Below are positions 1 to 9,260 of a stretch of 64,000 nucleotides of DNA, piece by piece; within the stretch, counting starts at the first letter, position 1; each line of letters begins with the position of its first letter. A program made the position numbers and the translations under genes. The DNA comes from an uncultured Gammaproteobacteria bacterium. Its GTDB lineage: Bacteria; Pseudomonadota; Gammaproteobacteria; Chromatiales; Chromatiaceae. The stretch is from assembly GCA_963716875.1 (NCBI GenBank), contig CAVQUR010000016.1, positions 168,632-232,631 of the forward strand, written 5' to 3'. A model generated the notes under the pieces. That model saw nothing but the letters and a program-made list of their open reading frames with translations, searched no databases and was not told the origin of the DNA.

Positions 1-534
1 CCTCCCATCGATATCTCTGTGAATGTCTCACCGTCCCAATTGCTCGAAAGCCACTTCGTAGAGAGTGTGTTCGGGATCATCGCCGCCAGTGGTCTGCCGC
101 CGCAACGTATCGAGTTGGAGATTCTGGAGGAGAGCGCCGTTGATGCCACCACCGAGACTCGGAACAAGCTGCAGCAGTTGCATGCAGGGGGAATCAAAAT
201 TGCCCTGGACGACTTCGGCACGGGTTATTCATCACTGGTCTATCTGACCAGAATCCCCGCCAATGTACTGAAATTGGACCGGGGGTTCATTCGGGACCTG
301 GCCAACGATCCCAGACAGGCCTCCATCGTATCGGGCATCATCAACCTAGCGCGAAGCCTGGGAATGCAGATCGTTGCCGAGGGTGTAGAAGAAGAGGCGC
401 AACGGGCCACCCTGGAGGCCCTGGATTGCGACCTGATCCAAGGTTATCTGTTCAGTCGGCCACTACCAGCCACGGAGTTCGCCGAGCTATGCAAGTCGAG
501 AGCAATGGTTACAAGAACGCATCGAGGGTCTTAA
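1..534 (+). CDS. EAL-domain cyclic-di-GMP phosphodiesterase, C-terminal part (5' end lies outside window)
   Basis: Reading frame is open to the window edge. The translation carries EAL-domain signatures (ELEILEES, DDFGTGYSSLVYL, LKLDRGFI, AEGVE, QGYLFSRP). Confidence 0.85.
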   Translation, partial: PPIDISVNVSPSQLLESHFVESVFGIIAASGLPPQRIELEILEESAVDATTETRNKLQQLHAGGIKIALDDFGTGYSSLVYLTRIPANVLKLDRGFIRDLANDPRQASIVSGIINLARSLGMQIVAEGVEEEAQRATLEALDCDLIQGYLFSRPLPATEFAELCKSRAMVTRTHRGS

Positions 535-1288
535 TGAATCCACCTGGCTGATCGGCGTAGACCCAGTGACCCGCTCCCGCCAAAGCGCGCAGGCGGGAGA
601 AGGGAAAGCCGGCCCGAATCGCGGAAAAATACTCTGGCTGAACATAGTTGGAATTCCCCCCATAGACGAACAGGGCTTCGCCTGGAAAGCTCCTACCCTG
701 CAGAGGAGGAAAACCCGACAGTGTGTCGATCTCCCGTGCAAGCCCCGGCAGATTCATACGCCAGGCCCAGCCAGTGGGCTGTTTGACCAGATTCTGTAGC
801 AGATAACCTCTGACCTGGCTACTCTCCACATAGGTAGCAAGTTGCCGATCCGCTGCCTGGCGATCCGCCAAGCGGTCGAGGTCGATGGACTCCAGACCGG
901 CAAATATCGTTTCGAAACGATGGGAATAATCCACCGGCGCCACGTCTGCCACCACCAACCGGCCGACCTGTTCCGGCTGGGTCAGGGCCAACCACATGGC
1001 CACCTTACCTCCCATGCTGTGACCCAGGATATGGGCGACAGATATCTCGAGCCGTCTCAGCAGTTCCAGGATATCCTCCGCCATGGCCGGGTAGTCCATT
1101 CGCTGTGCTTGGGGAGAACGCCCATGATTGCGCAGGTCAGGCAGGATCAGCCAAAATCTGGCCTGCAGCTGGCGGGCGATTCCCAGCCAGTTGACGGAGG
1201 AACCGAACAGGCCATGCAGCAACAGCAACGGGGTGGCGGTGGAATCACCGAACTGTCGGAAATGCAGATCTACCGGGCGGTTGGTCAT
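509..1288 (-). CDS. alpha/beta-fold hydrolase (YbfF-type esterase-like)
   Basis: 259 aa ORF. HGLFGS oxyanion region, GHSMGG nucleophile elbow (GxSxG) and a C-terminal AGHWV histidine motif. Confidence 0.75.
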   Translation of the reverse strand: MTNRPVDLHFRQFGDSTATPLLLLHGLFGSSVNWLGIARQLQARFWLILPDLRNHGRSPQAQRMDYPAMAEDILELLRRLEISVAHILGHSMGGKVAMWLALTQPEQVGRLVVADVAPVDYSHRFETIFAGLESIDLDRLADRQAADRQLATYVESSQVRGYLLQNLVKQPTGWAWRMNLPGLAREIDTLSGFPPLQGRSFPGEALFVYGGNSNYVQPEYFSAIRAGFPFSRLRALAGAGHWVYADQPGGFIKTLDAFL

Positions 1289-1399
1289 GGCAAATCCGCC
1301 TGCCCCCTTACCGGTGATCCGGAGCGAAAAGGGTATTGCGCGTGAAAAAGCCTGACTACTAGCGCCAGCTCATCCAAGATCGACGACCCCGCATGCCTG

Positions 1400-3124
1400 T
1401 TATCGTTTCTTCGGCGGCAGCAGATCGGTGATGCTGCCCTCCGCCATCTCCGCGGCGAAGCAGATGGTCTCGTTGAGGGTCGGATGGGGATGGATGGTCA
1501 GCCCGATATCCTCCGCATCCGCTCCCATCTCCAGGGCCAACACCGTCTCACCGATCAGTTCGCCGGCACTCGATCCGATGATGCCGGCGCCCAGGATGCG
1601 CTTGGTGACCGGATCGAACAGCAGCTTGGTAAGGCCCTCGTCACGCCCTATAGCCAGGGCGCGGCCGCTGGCCGCCCAGGGAAACACACCCTTCTCATAG
1701 GCAATGCCCTTGTCCTTGGCCTCGGTCTCAGTCAGGCCCATCCAGGCCACCTCCGGATCGGTATAGGCCACCGAGGGGATGGTCAGCGGATCGAAGCGGG
1801 CCGGCAGACCGGCAATCACCTCCGCCGCCACCTTCGCCTCGTGAGTGGCCTTATGGGCCAGCATCGGCTGCCCCACCACATCGCCGACCGCGTAGATGTT
1901 GGGCACATTGGTGCGCATGTGGGCATCTACCGGGATGAAGCCCCGCTCGTCCACCTCCACCCCTGCGGCCTCCGCATTGATTTGCTTGCCGTTGGGGGAG
2001 CGGCCTACCGCCACCAGCACCCGGTCATAGACCTGGGGTTGATCCGGCGCGTGCTTGCCCTCGAAGGTTACCTTCAAACCCTGCTTCTGAGCCTGGATGT
2101 CGGTCACCTTGGTGCCGAGCATGATGTTGTTGTAGCGCGCCTTGATGCGTTTCTGCAGCGGGCGGACCAGATCCGGATCACAACCGGGGATCAGGTTGTC
2201 CTGCAGTTCCACCACGTCGATCCCGCTGCCCAGGGCGCTGTAGACCGTGGCCATCTCCAGACCGATGATGCCACCGCCGATCACCAGCATGCGTTTGGGC
2301 ACGTCCGCCAGTTCCAGGGCGCCGGTGGAATCGATCAGACGCGGATCCTCGTAGGGAAAACCGGGGATCTTCACCACGCTGGAGCCGCAAGCGATGATGG
2401 CGTGGCTGAACGCGATGGAGACCCGACCGTCGGCGGTCTTGACGCCGATACGGTTGGGTGTCTCGAAACGCCCGAGCCCCTCTACTACCTGAACTTTCCG
2501 TTGTTTGGCAAGCTGGGCGAGCCCACCGGTGAGTCGTTGCACCACCCTGTGCTTGCCCGCGCGCAAACTGTCCAGGTCTACCTTAGGTTTGCCGAAATGG
2601 ATCCCCATGGACGCCATCTCTTCCGCTTCCGTAATCATTTCCGCGGCGTGCAACAGAGTCTTGGAGGGGATGCAGCCCACGTTCAGACAGACCCCTCCGA
2701 GGGTCGGATAGCGTTCGATCAGCACCACCCGCTTGCCCAGATCGGCGGCGCGAAAGGCCGCGGTATAACCCCCGGGACCAGCCCCCAGCACCACCACATC
2801 GGTTTGAATATCCGCCGGGCCCTTGACCGCCTCGCTGACCGGCGCCGTGCTCAGCGCGGGTTGGGGCTCCGGCGTCTCGCCCTCAGCCAATTCCAGCATG
2901 AGGATCTTGCTGCCCCGGGAAATCTTGTCACCCACCTTGACCAGCATCTCTTTGATCGTCCCGGCATGCGGGGCTGGAATCTCCATGGTCGCCTTGTCGC
3001 TCTCCAGGGTGATGATCGAGTCTTCCGCAGCAACTACGTCGCCCGGCGTCACCAGCACTTCGATGACATCGACCTGGTCGAAATCGCCAATATCGGGAAG
3101 GGTCACCTCTATGGTGTTGCTCAT
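1400..3124 (-). CDS. lpdA: dihydrolipoyl dehydrogenase (E3) with N-terminal lipoyl domain
   Basis: 574 aa. Lipoyl motif LESDKATMEIPAP, FAD motif GAGPGGY, redox-active CLNVGCIPSK, C-terminal interface IHPHPTLNE. Lies last in an aceE-aceF-lpdA operon. Confidence 0.95.
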   Translation of the reverse strand: MSNTIEVTLPDIGDFDQVDVIEVLVTPGDVVAAEDSIITLESDKATMEIPAPHAGTIKEMLVKVGDKISRGSKILMLELAEGETPEPQPALSTAPVSEAVKGPADIQTDVVVLGAGPGGYTAAFRAADLGKRVVLIERYPTLGGVCLNVGCIPSKTLLHAAEMITEAEEMASMGIHFGKPKVDLDSLRAGKHRVVQRLTGGLAQLAKQRKVQVVEGLGRFETPNRIGVKTADGRVSIAFSHAIIACGSSVVKIPGFPYEDPRLIDSTGALELADVPKRMLVIGGGIIGLEMATVYSALGSGIDVVELQDNLIPGCDPDLVRPLQKRIKARYNNIMLGTKVTDIQAQKQGLKVTFEGKHAPDQPQVYDRVLVAVGRSPNGKQINAEAAGVEVDERGFIPVDAHMRTNVPNIYAVGDVVGQPMLAHKATHEAKVAAEVIAGLPARFDPLTIPSVAYTDPEVAWMGLTETEAKDKGIAYEKGVFPWAASGRALAIGRDEGLTKLLFDPVTKRILGAGIIGSSAGELIGETVLALEMGADAEDIGLTIHPHPTLNETICFAAEMAEGSITDLLPPKKR

Positions 3125-3343
3125 TGATTCTTCCTCACATCCCGCCCTTCGAGACGGTTCGCTCGTTAGGGACAGAAACCATTAGGGTATCCAGTCATTA
3201 ATCTGCTAACAGGATAGGCGACATGCTGCTTCGTGGCTGTCGGCAGCACAGAGGCGACCGTCCAGCCTACAACGAAGCATTCACGGCTCCCCATTGTGGA
3301 CATGTCGACTATTTAACTTTCGCATTCTTAACTTACCGCAGGC

Positions 3344-4672
3344 TCAAAGCAGCAGCCGCCGGATGTCCCCGAGCAGCCCGGCCAGATAGGTGGTGAAGCG
3401 AACTCCATCGGCACCGTCGATGACCCGATGGTCATAGGAGAGCGACAGAGGGAGCAGCAGCCGCGGCTGGAACTCTTTACCGTTCCACACCGGCCGCATA
3501 CTGGCACGCGACACCCCCAGGATCGCCACTTCCGGGGTATTCACGATAGGGGTGAAAGCGGTGCCGCCTATGCCGCCCAGACTGGAGATCGAGATACACC
3601 CCCCCTGCATATCGGCCGGAGATAACTTACCATTGCGCGCCTTGTCGCTCATTGTCATCAGGCTCCGGGCGATCTCGAACATGCCTTGCTTGTCCACATC
3701 ACGAAGCACCGGCACCACCAACCCATTGGGGGTATCCACCGCGACCCCGATATTCACGTACTTGCGGTAGATCAGACTTTCGCCGTCCGCCGACAGGGCG
3801 GCATTGAAGATCGGCATCTCGTTGAGCGCCGCCGCCACCGCCTTCATTAAAAAAGGCATGAAGGTCAGCCGCACACCTTGCTGCTGCGCGGTTTCTTTGA
3901 GTTGCTTGCGAAACGCCTCCAGATCGGTGATATCGGCTTCGTCGAACTGGGTCACATGGGGCACCGTCAACCAACAGCGGTGCAGATGGGCCCCGCTGAG
4001 CTTTTTGATGCGCCCCATGGGGTGGGTCTCGGTTTCACCGAATTTGCTGTAATCGACCACCGGGCCACTCGGCATCTGCAGGCTGGTGCCCGCGGTTTGC
4101 GATGCCCCCTCACCCCGCAATGTGGCCTTGACGAAATTCTGCACATCGTCCTTGACGATGCGGCCCTTGGGTCCGGTACCACTGACCCGGTTGAGATCGA
4201 CCCCGAGTTCCCGGGCGAAGCGCCGCACCGCCGGGCTGGCGTGGGCCGTAATGGACTTTTCGCCCGGCTCGAGCAGCGGCACCGGCGGGGTGCGGGGTTC
4301 GCTCTCGCCCGGCCGCAGCGGCGGCTGGCTGTCAGCCTGGGACTGAGGCACCGGCGCCTGCACGGTCTCCACCTCCTCCGCCGCCGGGGCCGGGGTGGCC
4401 GTTTCCTGCGCTTTGTCCTGCTTGGAGGTTACGCTGGCTTCCAGGGTCAACAACTTGTGTCCTTCGCTCACCCTGTCGCCCACCTTGACCAGCAGATCCT
4501 TGACCACACCAGCATGAGGGGAAGGGATCTCCATGGTGGCCTTATCGCTTTCCAGGGTCAGCAGTGAGTCTTCCACCGCCACTTCGTCACCACTGGAGAC
4601 CAGGACTTCGATAATCTCGACTGATTCGAAATCGCCGATATCCGGCAGCACTACATCAATGATTTTTCCCAC
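3344..4672 (-). CDS. aceF: dihydrolipoyllysine-residue acetyltransferase (PDH E2)
   Basis: 442 aa. Lipoyl domain (LESDKATMEIPSP), Ala/Pro-rich linker, E3-binding segment (ASPAVRRFARELGVDL), catalytic domain with SYDHRVIDGADG. Confidence 0.95.
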   Translation of the reverse strand: MGKIIDVVLPDIGDFESVEIIEVLVSSGDEVAVEDSLLTLESDKATMEIPSPHAGVVKDLLVKVGDRVSEGHKLLTLEASVTSKQDKAQETATPAPAAEEVETVQAPVPQSQADSQPPLRPGESEPRTPPVPLLEPGEKSITAHASPAVRRFARELGVDLNRVSGTGPKGRIVKDDVQNFVKATLRGEGASQTAGTSLQMPSGPVVDYSKFGETETHPMGRIKKLSGAHLHRCWLTVPHVTQFDEADITDLEAFRKQLKETAQQQGVRLTFMPFLMKAVAAALNEMPIFNAALSADGESLIYRKYVNIGVAVDTPNGLVVPVLRDVDKQGMFEIARSLMTMSDKARNGKLSPADMQGGCISISSLGGIGGTAFTPIVNTPEVAILGVSRASMRPVWNGKEFQPRLLLPLSLSYDHRVIDGADGVRFTTYLAGLLGDIRRLLL

Positions 4673-4732
4673 TTCTTCTCCTCTGCCGACTCAGTGGCAA
4701 AAAAGTTGTTCGTTCCAGGTCTGGACCCTGGG

Positions 4733-7387
4733 TTACACGGTCGTCGGATTGGGTTTTTCAGGATCGATCCGGTATTTCCGGATCGCCTCACTCGCCACCT
4801 TGGCCTCGAGCACGCCTTCGTCGACCAGGGATTTGAGCGCCGCCAACACCACATAGTAGCGATTCACCTCGAAGAACTTACGCAACTGACTGCGCATATC
4901 GCTGCGTCCGAAACCGTCGGTGCCCAGCACCGTATAGCGACCCTGGATAAAGGGTCTGATCTGATCCGCATAGCTGCGGATGTAGTCGGTGGCCGCGATC
5001 ACCGGTCCCTGCTGGTCGGCCAACTGCTCGGCTACATAGCTGCTGCGTGGCGGTTCTTCCGGATGCAGCATGTTCCAGCGCTCCGCAGCCAGGCCGTCCC
5101 GACGCAGTTCATTGAAACTGGTGACGCTCCACACATCGGCGGAGACATTGAAATCTTTCTCCAGCAACTCGGCGGCGGCGATCACCTCGCGCAGGATGGT
5201 GCCGCTGCCCAGCAATTGCACCCGTTTCTTGCGCTTGCCGCCCTGCTGGAACCGATAGAGACCCCGGCGGATGCCCTCTTCCACCCCTTCCGGCATGGCC
5301 GGCTGCAGGTAGTTCTCGTTCATCACCGTGATGTAGTAGAAGACGTTCTCCTGCTCCTGATACATGCGGCGCATACCGTCCTGGATGATCACCGCCAGCT
5401 CGTAGGCAAAGGTCGGATCATAGGCCCGGCAGTTGGGGATGGTGGCCGCCATCAGATGGCTGTGGCCATCCTGATGCTGCAGGCCCTCGCCCGCCAGGGT
5501 GGTGCGCCCGGCGGTGCCGCCCATGAGGAAGCCGCGCGCCTGCATGTCACCGGCCGCCCAGGCCAGATCGCCGACCCGCTGGAAACCGAACATGGAGTAA
5601 TAGATATAGAACGGGATCATGTTGACCCCGTGGTTGCTGTAGGCCGTGGCGGCGGCGATCCAGGAGGACATGGCGCCCGCCTCGTTGATGCCTTCCTGCA
5701 GGATCTGGCCCTTCTTGTCTTCGCGGTAAAACATCACCTGATCCGCGTCCACCGGCTCGTACAGCTGACCCACGGAGGAGTAGATACCGAGCTGGCGGAA
5801 CATCCCTTCCATGCCGAAGGTGCGCGCCTCGTCGGGCACGATCGGCACCACCTGCTTGCCGAGCTTCTTGTCGCGAATCAGCATGTTAAGCAGCCGCACG
5901 AAGGCCATGGTGGTGGACTGCTCCCGATCCCCGCTGCCCTCCAGCATGCTCTCGAACTGATCCAGCGCCGGCACCTCCAGGGGCGTCACCAGGCTGCGCC
6001 GCTGGGGCATGTAGCCGCCCAGGGCCTGACGGCGTTCATGCATGTATTTCATCTCTGCACTGTCTGCCGGCGGTTTGTAGAACGGCGCGGAGCCGATCAT
6101 GTCGTCACCGATCGGGATATTGAAGCGGTCACGAAAGGCTTTCAAAGCCGCTTCCCCCATCTTCTTCTGGGAGTGGGTGATGTTCTGGCCTTCACCGGCC
6201 ACGCCCATGCCGTAACCCTTGACGGTCTTGGCCAGGATCACCGTGGGCTGACCCTTGTGGGCCGCCGCTTCGGCATAGGCGGCATACACCTTGTGCGGAT
6301 CGTGCCCGCCGCGGTTGAGGCGCCAGATGTCCTCGTCGGTCATATCGGCAACCATCTCCTCCAACTCGGGATATTTGCCGAAGAAGTGCTTGCGGGTATA
6401 GGCGCCACCCTTGGCCTTGTAGGCCTGATAGTCGCCATCCACCGCCTCTTCCATGCGTTTCAGCATAATGCCGTTCTTGTCGCGGGCGAACAGCGGATCC
6501 CAATAGCCGCCCCAGATCACCTTGATCACATGCCAGCCGGCGCCGCGGAACACCGCTTCCAGCTCCTGGATGATCTTGCCGTTGCCGCGCACCGGTCCGT
6601 CGAGTCGCTGCAGGTTGCAGTTGATCACGAACACCAGATTGTCGAGCCGTTCCCGGCCAGCCAGGGAGATCGCACCCAGGGCCTCCGGTTCGTCCATCTC
6701 ACCGTCGCCGCAGAAGGCAAAGACCCGGCGTTGGGCGGTATTCATGATCCCGCGATCGTGCAGATAGCGCATGAAGCGGGCCTGATAGATCGCCATCAGC
6801 GGCCCGAGCCCCATGGAGACGGTGGGGAACTGCCAGAAACCCGGCATCAGCCAGGGATGGGGATAGGAGGAGAGACCATTGCCATCGACCTCCTGGCGAA
6901 AGCTGTGCAGCTGATCCTCGCTCAATCGGCCCTCGAGATACGCCCGGGCATAGACCCCGGGCGCCGAGTGACCCTGGAAAAAGATCAGATCGCCATCCCG
7001 CTCCTTGTCGCAGGCCCGGAAGAAATGATTGTATCCCACGTCGAACAGGGTCGCGACCGAGGCGAAACTGGAGATATGCCCGCCCAGCTCTGTGGAGATC
7101 CGGTTGGCCTGCACCACCATCGCCATCGCGTTCCAGCGAATAAAGGAGCGGATGCGCCGCTCCATGGCCCGGTCACCCGGAAAGCGCTGCTGCTGGGTCA
7201 CTGGGATGGTATTCACATATGCGGTGTTGGCGCTGAACGGCAGATGCGCACCGGAACGACGCGCCTTGTCTACCAACTTTTCGATCAGGAAGTGGGCGCG
7301 TTCCACGCCTTCGTTCTCCAGCACGCCTTCCAGGGCGTCCAACCATTCCTGTGTCTCCTGGGGGTCGATATCGGGTCGAATTGACAT
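4733..7387 (-). CDS. aceE: pyruvate dehydrogenase E1 component (homodimeric type)
   Basis: The 905-aa ORF is trimmed to ATG 7387 (MSIRPDIDPQETQEWLDAL...), the typical AceE N-terminus. ThDP-binding GDGEMDEPE motif. Full length and uninterrupted. Confidence 0.95.
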   Translation of the reverse strand: MSIRPDIDPQETQEWLDALEGVLENEGVERAHFLIEKLVDKARRSGAHLPFSANTAYVNTIPVTQQQRFPGDRAMERRIRSFIRWNAMAMVVQANRISTELGGHISSFASVATLFDVGYNHFFRACDKERDGDLIFFQGHSAPGVYARAYLEGRLSEDQLHSFRQEVDGNGLSSYPHPWLMPGFWQFPTVSMGLGPLMAIYQARFMRYLHDRGIMNTAQRRVFAFCGDGEMDEPEALGAISLAGRERLDNLVFVINCNLQRLDGPVRGNGKIIQELEAVFRGAGWHVIKVIWGGYWDPLFARDKNGIMLKRMEEAVDGDYQAYKAKGGAYTRKHFFGKYPELEEMVADMTDEDIWRLNRGGHDPHKVYAAYAEAAAHKGQPTVILAKTVKGYGMGVAGEGQNITHSQKKMGEAALKAFRDRFNIPIGDDMIGSAPFYKPPADSAEMKYMHERRQALGGYMPQRRSLVTPLEVPALDQFESMLEGSGDREQSTTMAFVRLLNMLIRDKKLGKQVVPIVPDEARTFGMEGMFRQLGIYSSVGQLYEPVDADQVMFYREDKKGQILQEGINEAGAMSSWIAAATAYSNHGVNMIPFYIYYSMFGFQRVGDLAWAAGDMQARGFLMGGTAGRTTLAGEGLQHQDGHSHLMAATIPNCRAYDPTFAYELAVIIQDGMRRMYQEQENVFYYITVMNENYLQPAMPEGVEEGIRRGLYRFQQGGKRKKRVQLLGSGTILREVIAAAELLEKDFNVSADVWSVTSFNELRRDGLAAERWNMLHPEEPPRSSYVAEQLADQQGPVIAATDYIRSYADQIRPFIQGRYTVLGTDGFGRSDMRSQLRKFFEVNRYYVVLAALKSLVDEGVLEAKVASEAIRKYRIDPEKPNPTTV

Positions 7388-7758
7388 CGTTGTTCTCTTA
7401 CACTTGTAAAAAATACCCCTCTCAGATTCCTTGGAACCAGTACAATTCAAGGGGTATGGACGAATGATTATTGGTCTATCCGATAATCATAATTGACCAT
7501 ACAAATATACCGTAAGCATCATTGGATTGCAGTGTTAATTTAACGTGGAATCCAGCAGATGTTACTACCCTGTCGTCAGGCAATAAGCCCTGGGTAGGGA
7601 CTCACCCGGGCGATCAATAGGCAGCCAACAAGAAAACTCGATCCCCTCTCGCCGGTCGTATCACCGTCGGCCAAAGCGATATCTCACGCGTTGCACCGGT
7701 TCCGCAGATTACATCGGAATCAAGGCTCGACCAGGACGTGGCGCAAACTTTAGCCAGT

Positions 7759-7789
7759 AAAAAAGCGCATCCGACAGGGTCGGATACGC
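7759..7789 (-). terminator. rho-independent terminator downstream of the long Sgp-like gene
   Basis: On the minus strand: GCGTATCCGAC-cct-GTCGGATGCGC (11-bp stem with one G-U pair) followed by TTTTTT, about 30 nt after the stop at 7820. Confidence 0.7.
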
Positions 7790-7819
7790 TTGCTTAAACT
7801 AACAGAACGGCTTGTCGTC

Positions 7820-8647
7820 TCAGAAGTCTTTGCGAGATGGGAAGGCGGTATAATCGAAAGGCATGCGTTGCATCGCAACTTCACGACGCGCCTCCATTTC
7901 TTTGATCATCTCATGACGTCGGGCCTGAGCCTCTGCCATACGCTTGGTCATCTCGGCAGACATAGCCGGTCTGGAAGGAGCGGCACTGCGACGCGCCTCC
8001 ATCTCTTTGACCCTCTCGTCATGGCGGGCCTGGGCCTCATCCATCAGCTTGTTGATGTCCATCGGCTCGCTGGAGACGGCAGGCATCTCGGGACGGCTGG
8101 CTTCCCGCTCCTTGACCATCGCTTCATGTTTCGCCTGACGCTCTTCGATCAGCTTGGAAATCTCGGCAGGCAATTCAGGCATGGCGGGCGCCATACCATC
8201 GAACTGGGCCTGAATCTGCTCGCGCTGAGCGTCCGCTGCCTCCTGCATGGCTTTCATTTGGGCGTCCATGGCAGCAATAGGATCTTGATTAAACTGCTCG
8301 GCGTATTCGCGCTGGGCGGTCACGGCCTGTTCGTAGGCCTTCTGCTGTTGTTCGGCGAATACCTTCTGCTGCTCAGTCAGCGCCGCCTGTTGTTCTTCGG
8401 TCAATGCAGGCACCGCGTAGGCTGGTACTCCGTAATATGGGGCATACCCCCAGTAAGGCGCATCGTAACCATAACCACGACCATAACCATGACCCCTGGC
8501 ATGCATGCTGAAACCAAAATCGAAATCTCCGGCGCCGAAGCTATCGCCAAGGAAATCGTCACCCCAATTGTTGCCCCACCAGGCATTTGCTGAGGCTGAT
8601 GCAGCCGCCAGCGCAATGGCAGCAGCAATAGTTGAAACTTTTTTCAT
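7820..8647 (-). CDS. secreted sulfur-globule-protein-like protein with C-terminal 35-aa repeat / coiled-coil extension
   Basis: Signal peptide MKKVSTIAAAIALAAASASANA followed by a Trp/Gly/Tyr-rich module (WWGNNWGDDFLGD...GHGYGRGYGYDAPYWGYAPYYG) paralogous to the neighbouring 111-aa protein. Then three approximately 35-aa repeats (..AQARHDERVKEMEARR..). ATG 8647 is preferred over GTG 8656 because an AGGG lies 8 nt upstream. Confidence 0.75.
   Translation of the reverse strand: MKKVSTIAAAIALAAASASANAWWGNNWGDDFLGDSFGAGDFDFGFSMHARGHGYGRGYGYDAPYWGYAPYYGVPAYAVPALTEEQQAALTEQQKVFAEQQQKAYEQAVTAQREYAEQFNQDPIAAMDAQMKAMQEAADAQREQIQAQFDGMAPAMPELPAEISKLIEERQAKHEAMVKEREASRPEMPAVSSEPMDINKLMDEAQARHDERVKEMEARRSAAPSRPAMSAEMTKRMAEAQARRHEMIKEMEARREVAMQRMPFDYTAFPSRKDF
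7887..8201 (-). repeat. three tandem about 105-bp coding repeats inside the long Sgp-like gene
   Basis: cgcgcctccatttctttgatcatctc (from 7887), cgcgcctccatctctttgaccctctc (from 7992) and a more diverged copy (from about 8097). Period 105 bp = 35 aa. Confidence 0.7.
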
Positions 8648-8744
8648 TCTTAACACCCTGAAGAAATTATGTTGAAAACCACGCTAACTCTTTGTTCATG
8701 CACATCCCTGTGCCGGCTTGCATCCCTCAGCTAATCGATCAGTC

Positions 8745-9080
8745 TTACTTGGCTTCCGCAGCAGGAGCCTGGGGAGCGACCGGAGCGGCATAGGGAGAGC
8801 CATAGCCGTAAGGAGCACCGTAACCATAAGGAGCGCCATACCCATATGGACCGTAGTAGTCATAGTAACGGTTGTAACCCCGGCCGTAGCCAGAACCACG
8901 GGCGCTGCCGCTCATGCCGAAGCTGAAGTCGCCATCGCCCCAGCCGTCACCGAACCAGTCGTCGCCCCAACCACGGTTACCATAACCCGGGCCACCCCAG
9001 CCAGGTCCCCACCAAGCGGAAGCGGAAGCGGAAGCGGCAATCAGCGCAGCAGCGGCTGCAACCTTGACGATATTTTTCAT
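8745..9080 (-). CDS. sulfur globule envelope protein (SgpA/SgpB-like)
   Basis: 111 aa. Signal peptide ending ASASASA-WW, then low-complexity Gly/Tyr/Trp-rich repeats ([40 protein letters not shown]). These are characteristic of purple-sulfur-bacterial Sgp structural proteins. Confidence 0.75.
   Translation of the reverse strand: MKNIVKVAAAAALIAASASASAWWGPGWGGPGYGNRGWGDDWFGDGWGDGDFSFGMSGSARGSGYGRGYNRYYDYYGPYGYGAPYGYGAPYGYGSPYAAPVAPQAPAAEAK
9014..9037 (-). repeat. (AAGCGG)x4 hexanucleotide tandem repeat (codes Ala-Ser repeats of the Sgp signal peptide)
   Basis: Four perfect AAGCGG units read directly in the sequence at 9014-9037. Confidence 0.9.
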
Positions 9081-9260
9081 GTGACCTCTCCTAGAGTAAT
9101 ATGTGTGTTCTTTATCATGTGCTTGAAAGCAGATACAATACTGCCTACGAAAATAATAATATTAGAAAATAATTAAATTTAGTAATAGATATTACAAATA
9201 TTTATGGATTTAAGATCGGTTATTTCTATCATTTGATTTCCCAGCTCATTCTACCGACTC

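Noticed and set aside
1484-3127. 547-aa ORF on the plus strand.
   Set aside because: It is antisense to lpdA, with no recognisable motifs. It is a GC-rich shadow ORF.
4694-7384. 896-aa ORF on the plus strand.
   Set aside because: It is exactly antisense to aceE. Its composition is low-complexity and Ala/Gly/His/Arg-rich, typical of shadow ORFs in GC-rich DNA, and the aceE frame has unmistakable homology.
7420-7460. TTGGAACCAGTACAATT as a PdhR (GntR-type) box upstream of aceE.
   Set aside because: It does not match the ATTGGT-N3-ACCAAT consensus in sequence or spacing. It is reported only as generic inverted repeats.
9014-9037. A hexanucleotide repeat, together with the 105-bp repeats at 7887-8201, as a possible CRISPR-like or minisatellite locus.
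   Set aside because: Both lie inside coding frames and translate into sensible peptide repeats. There is no repeat-spacer architecture, and no CRISPR array was seen anywhere in the window.
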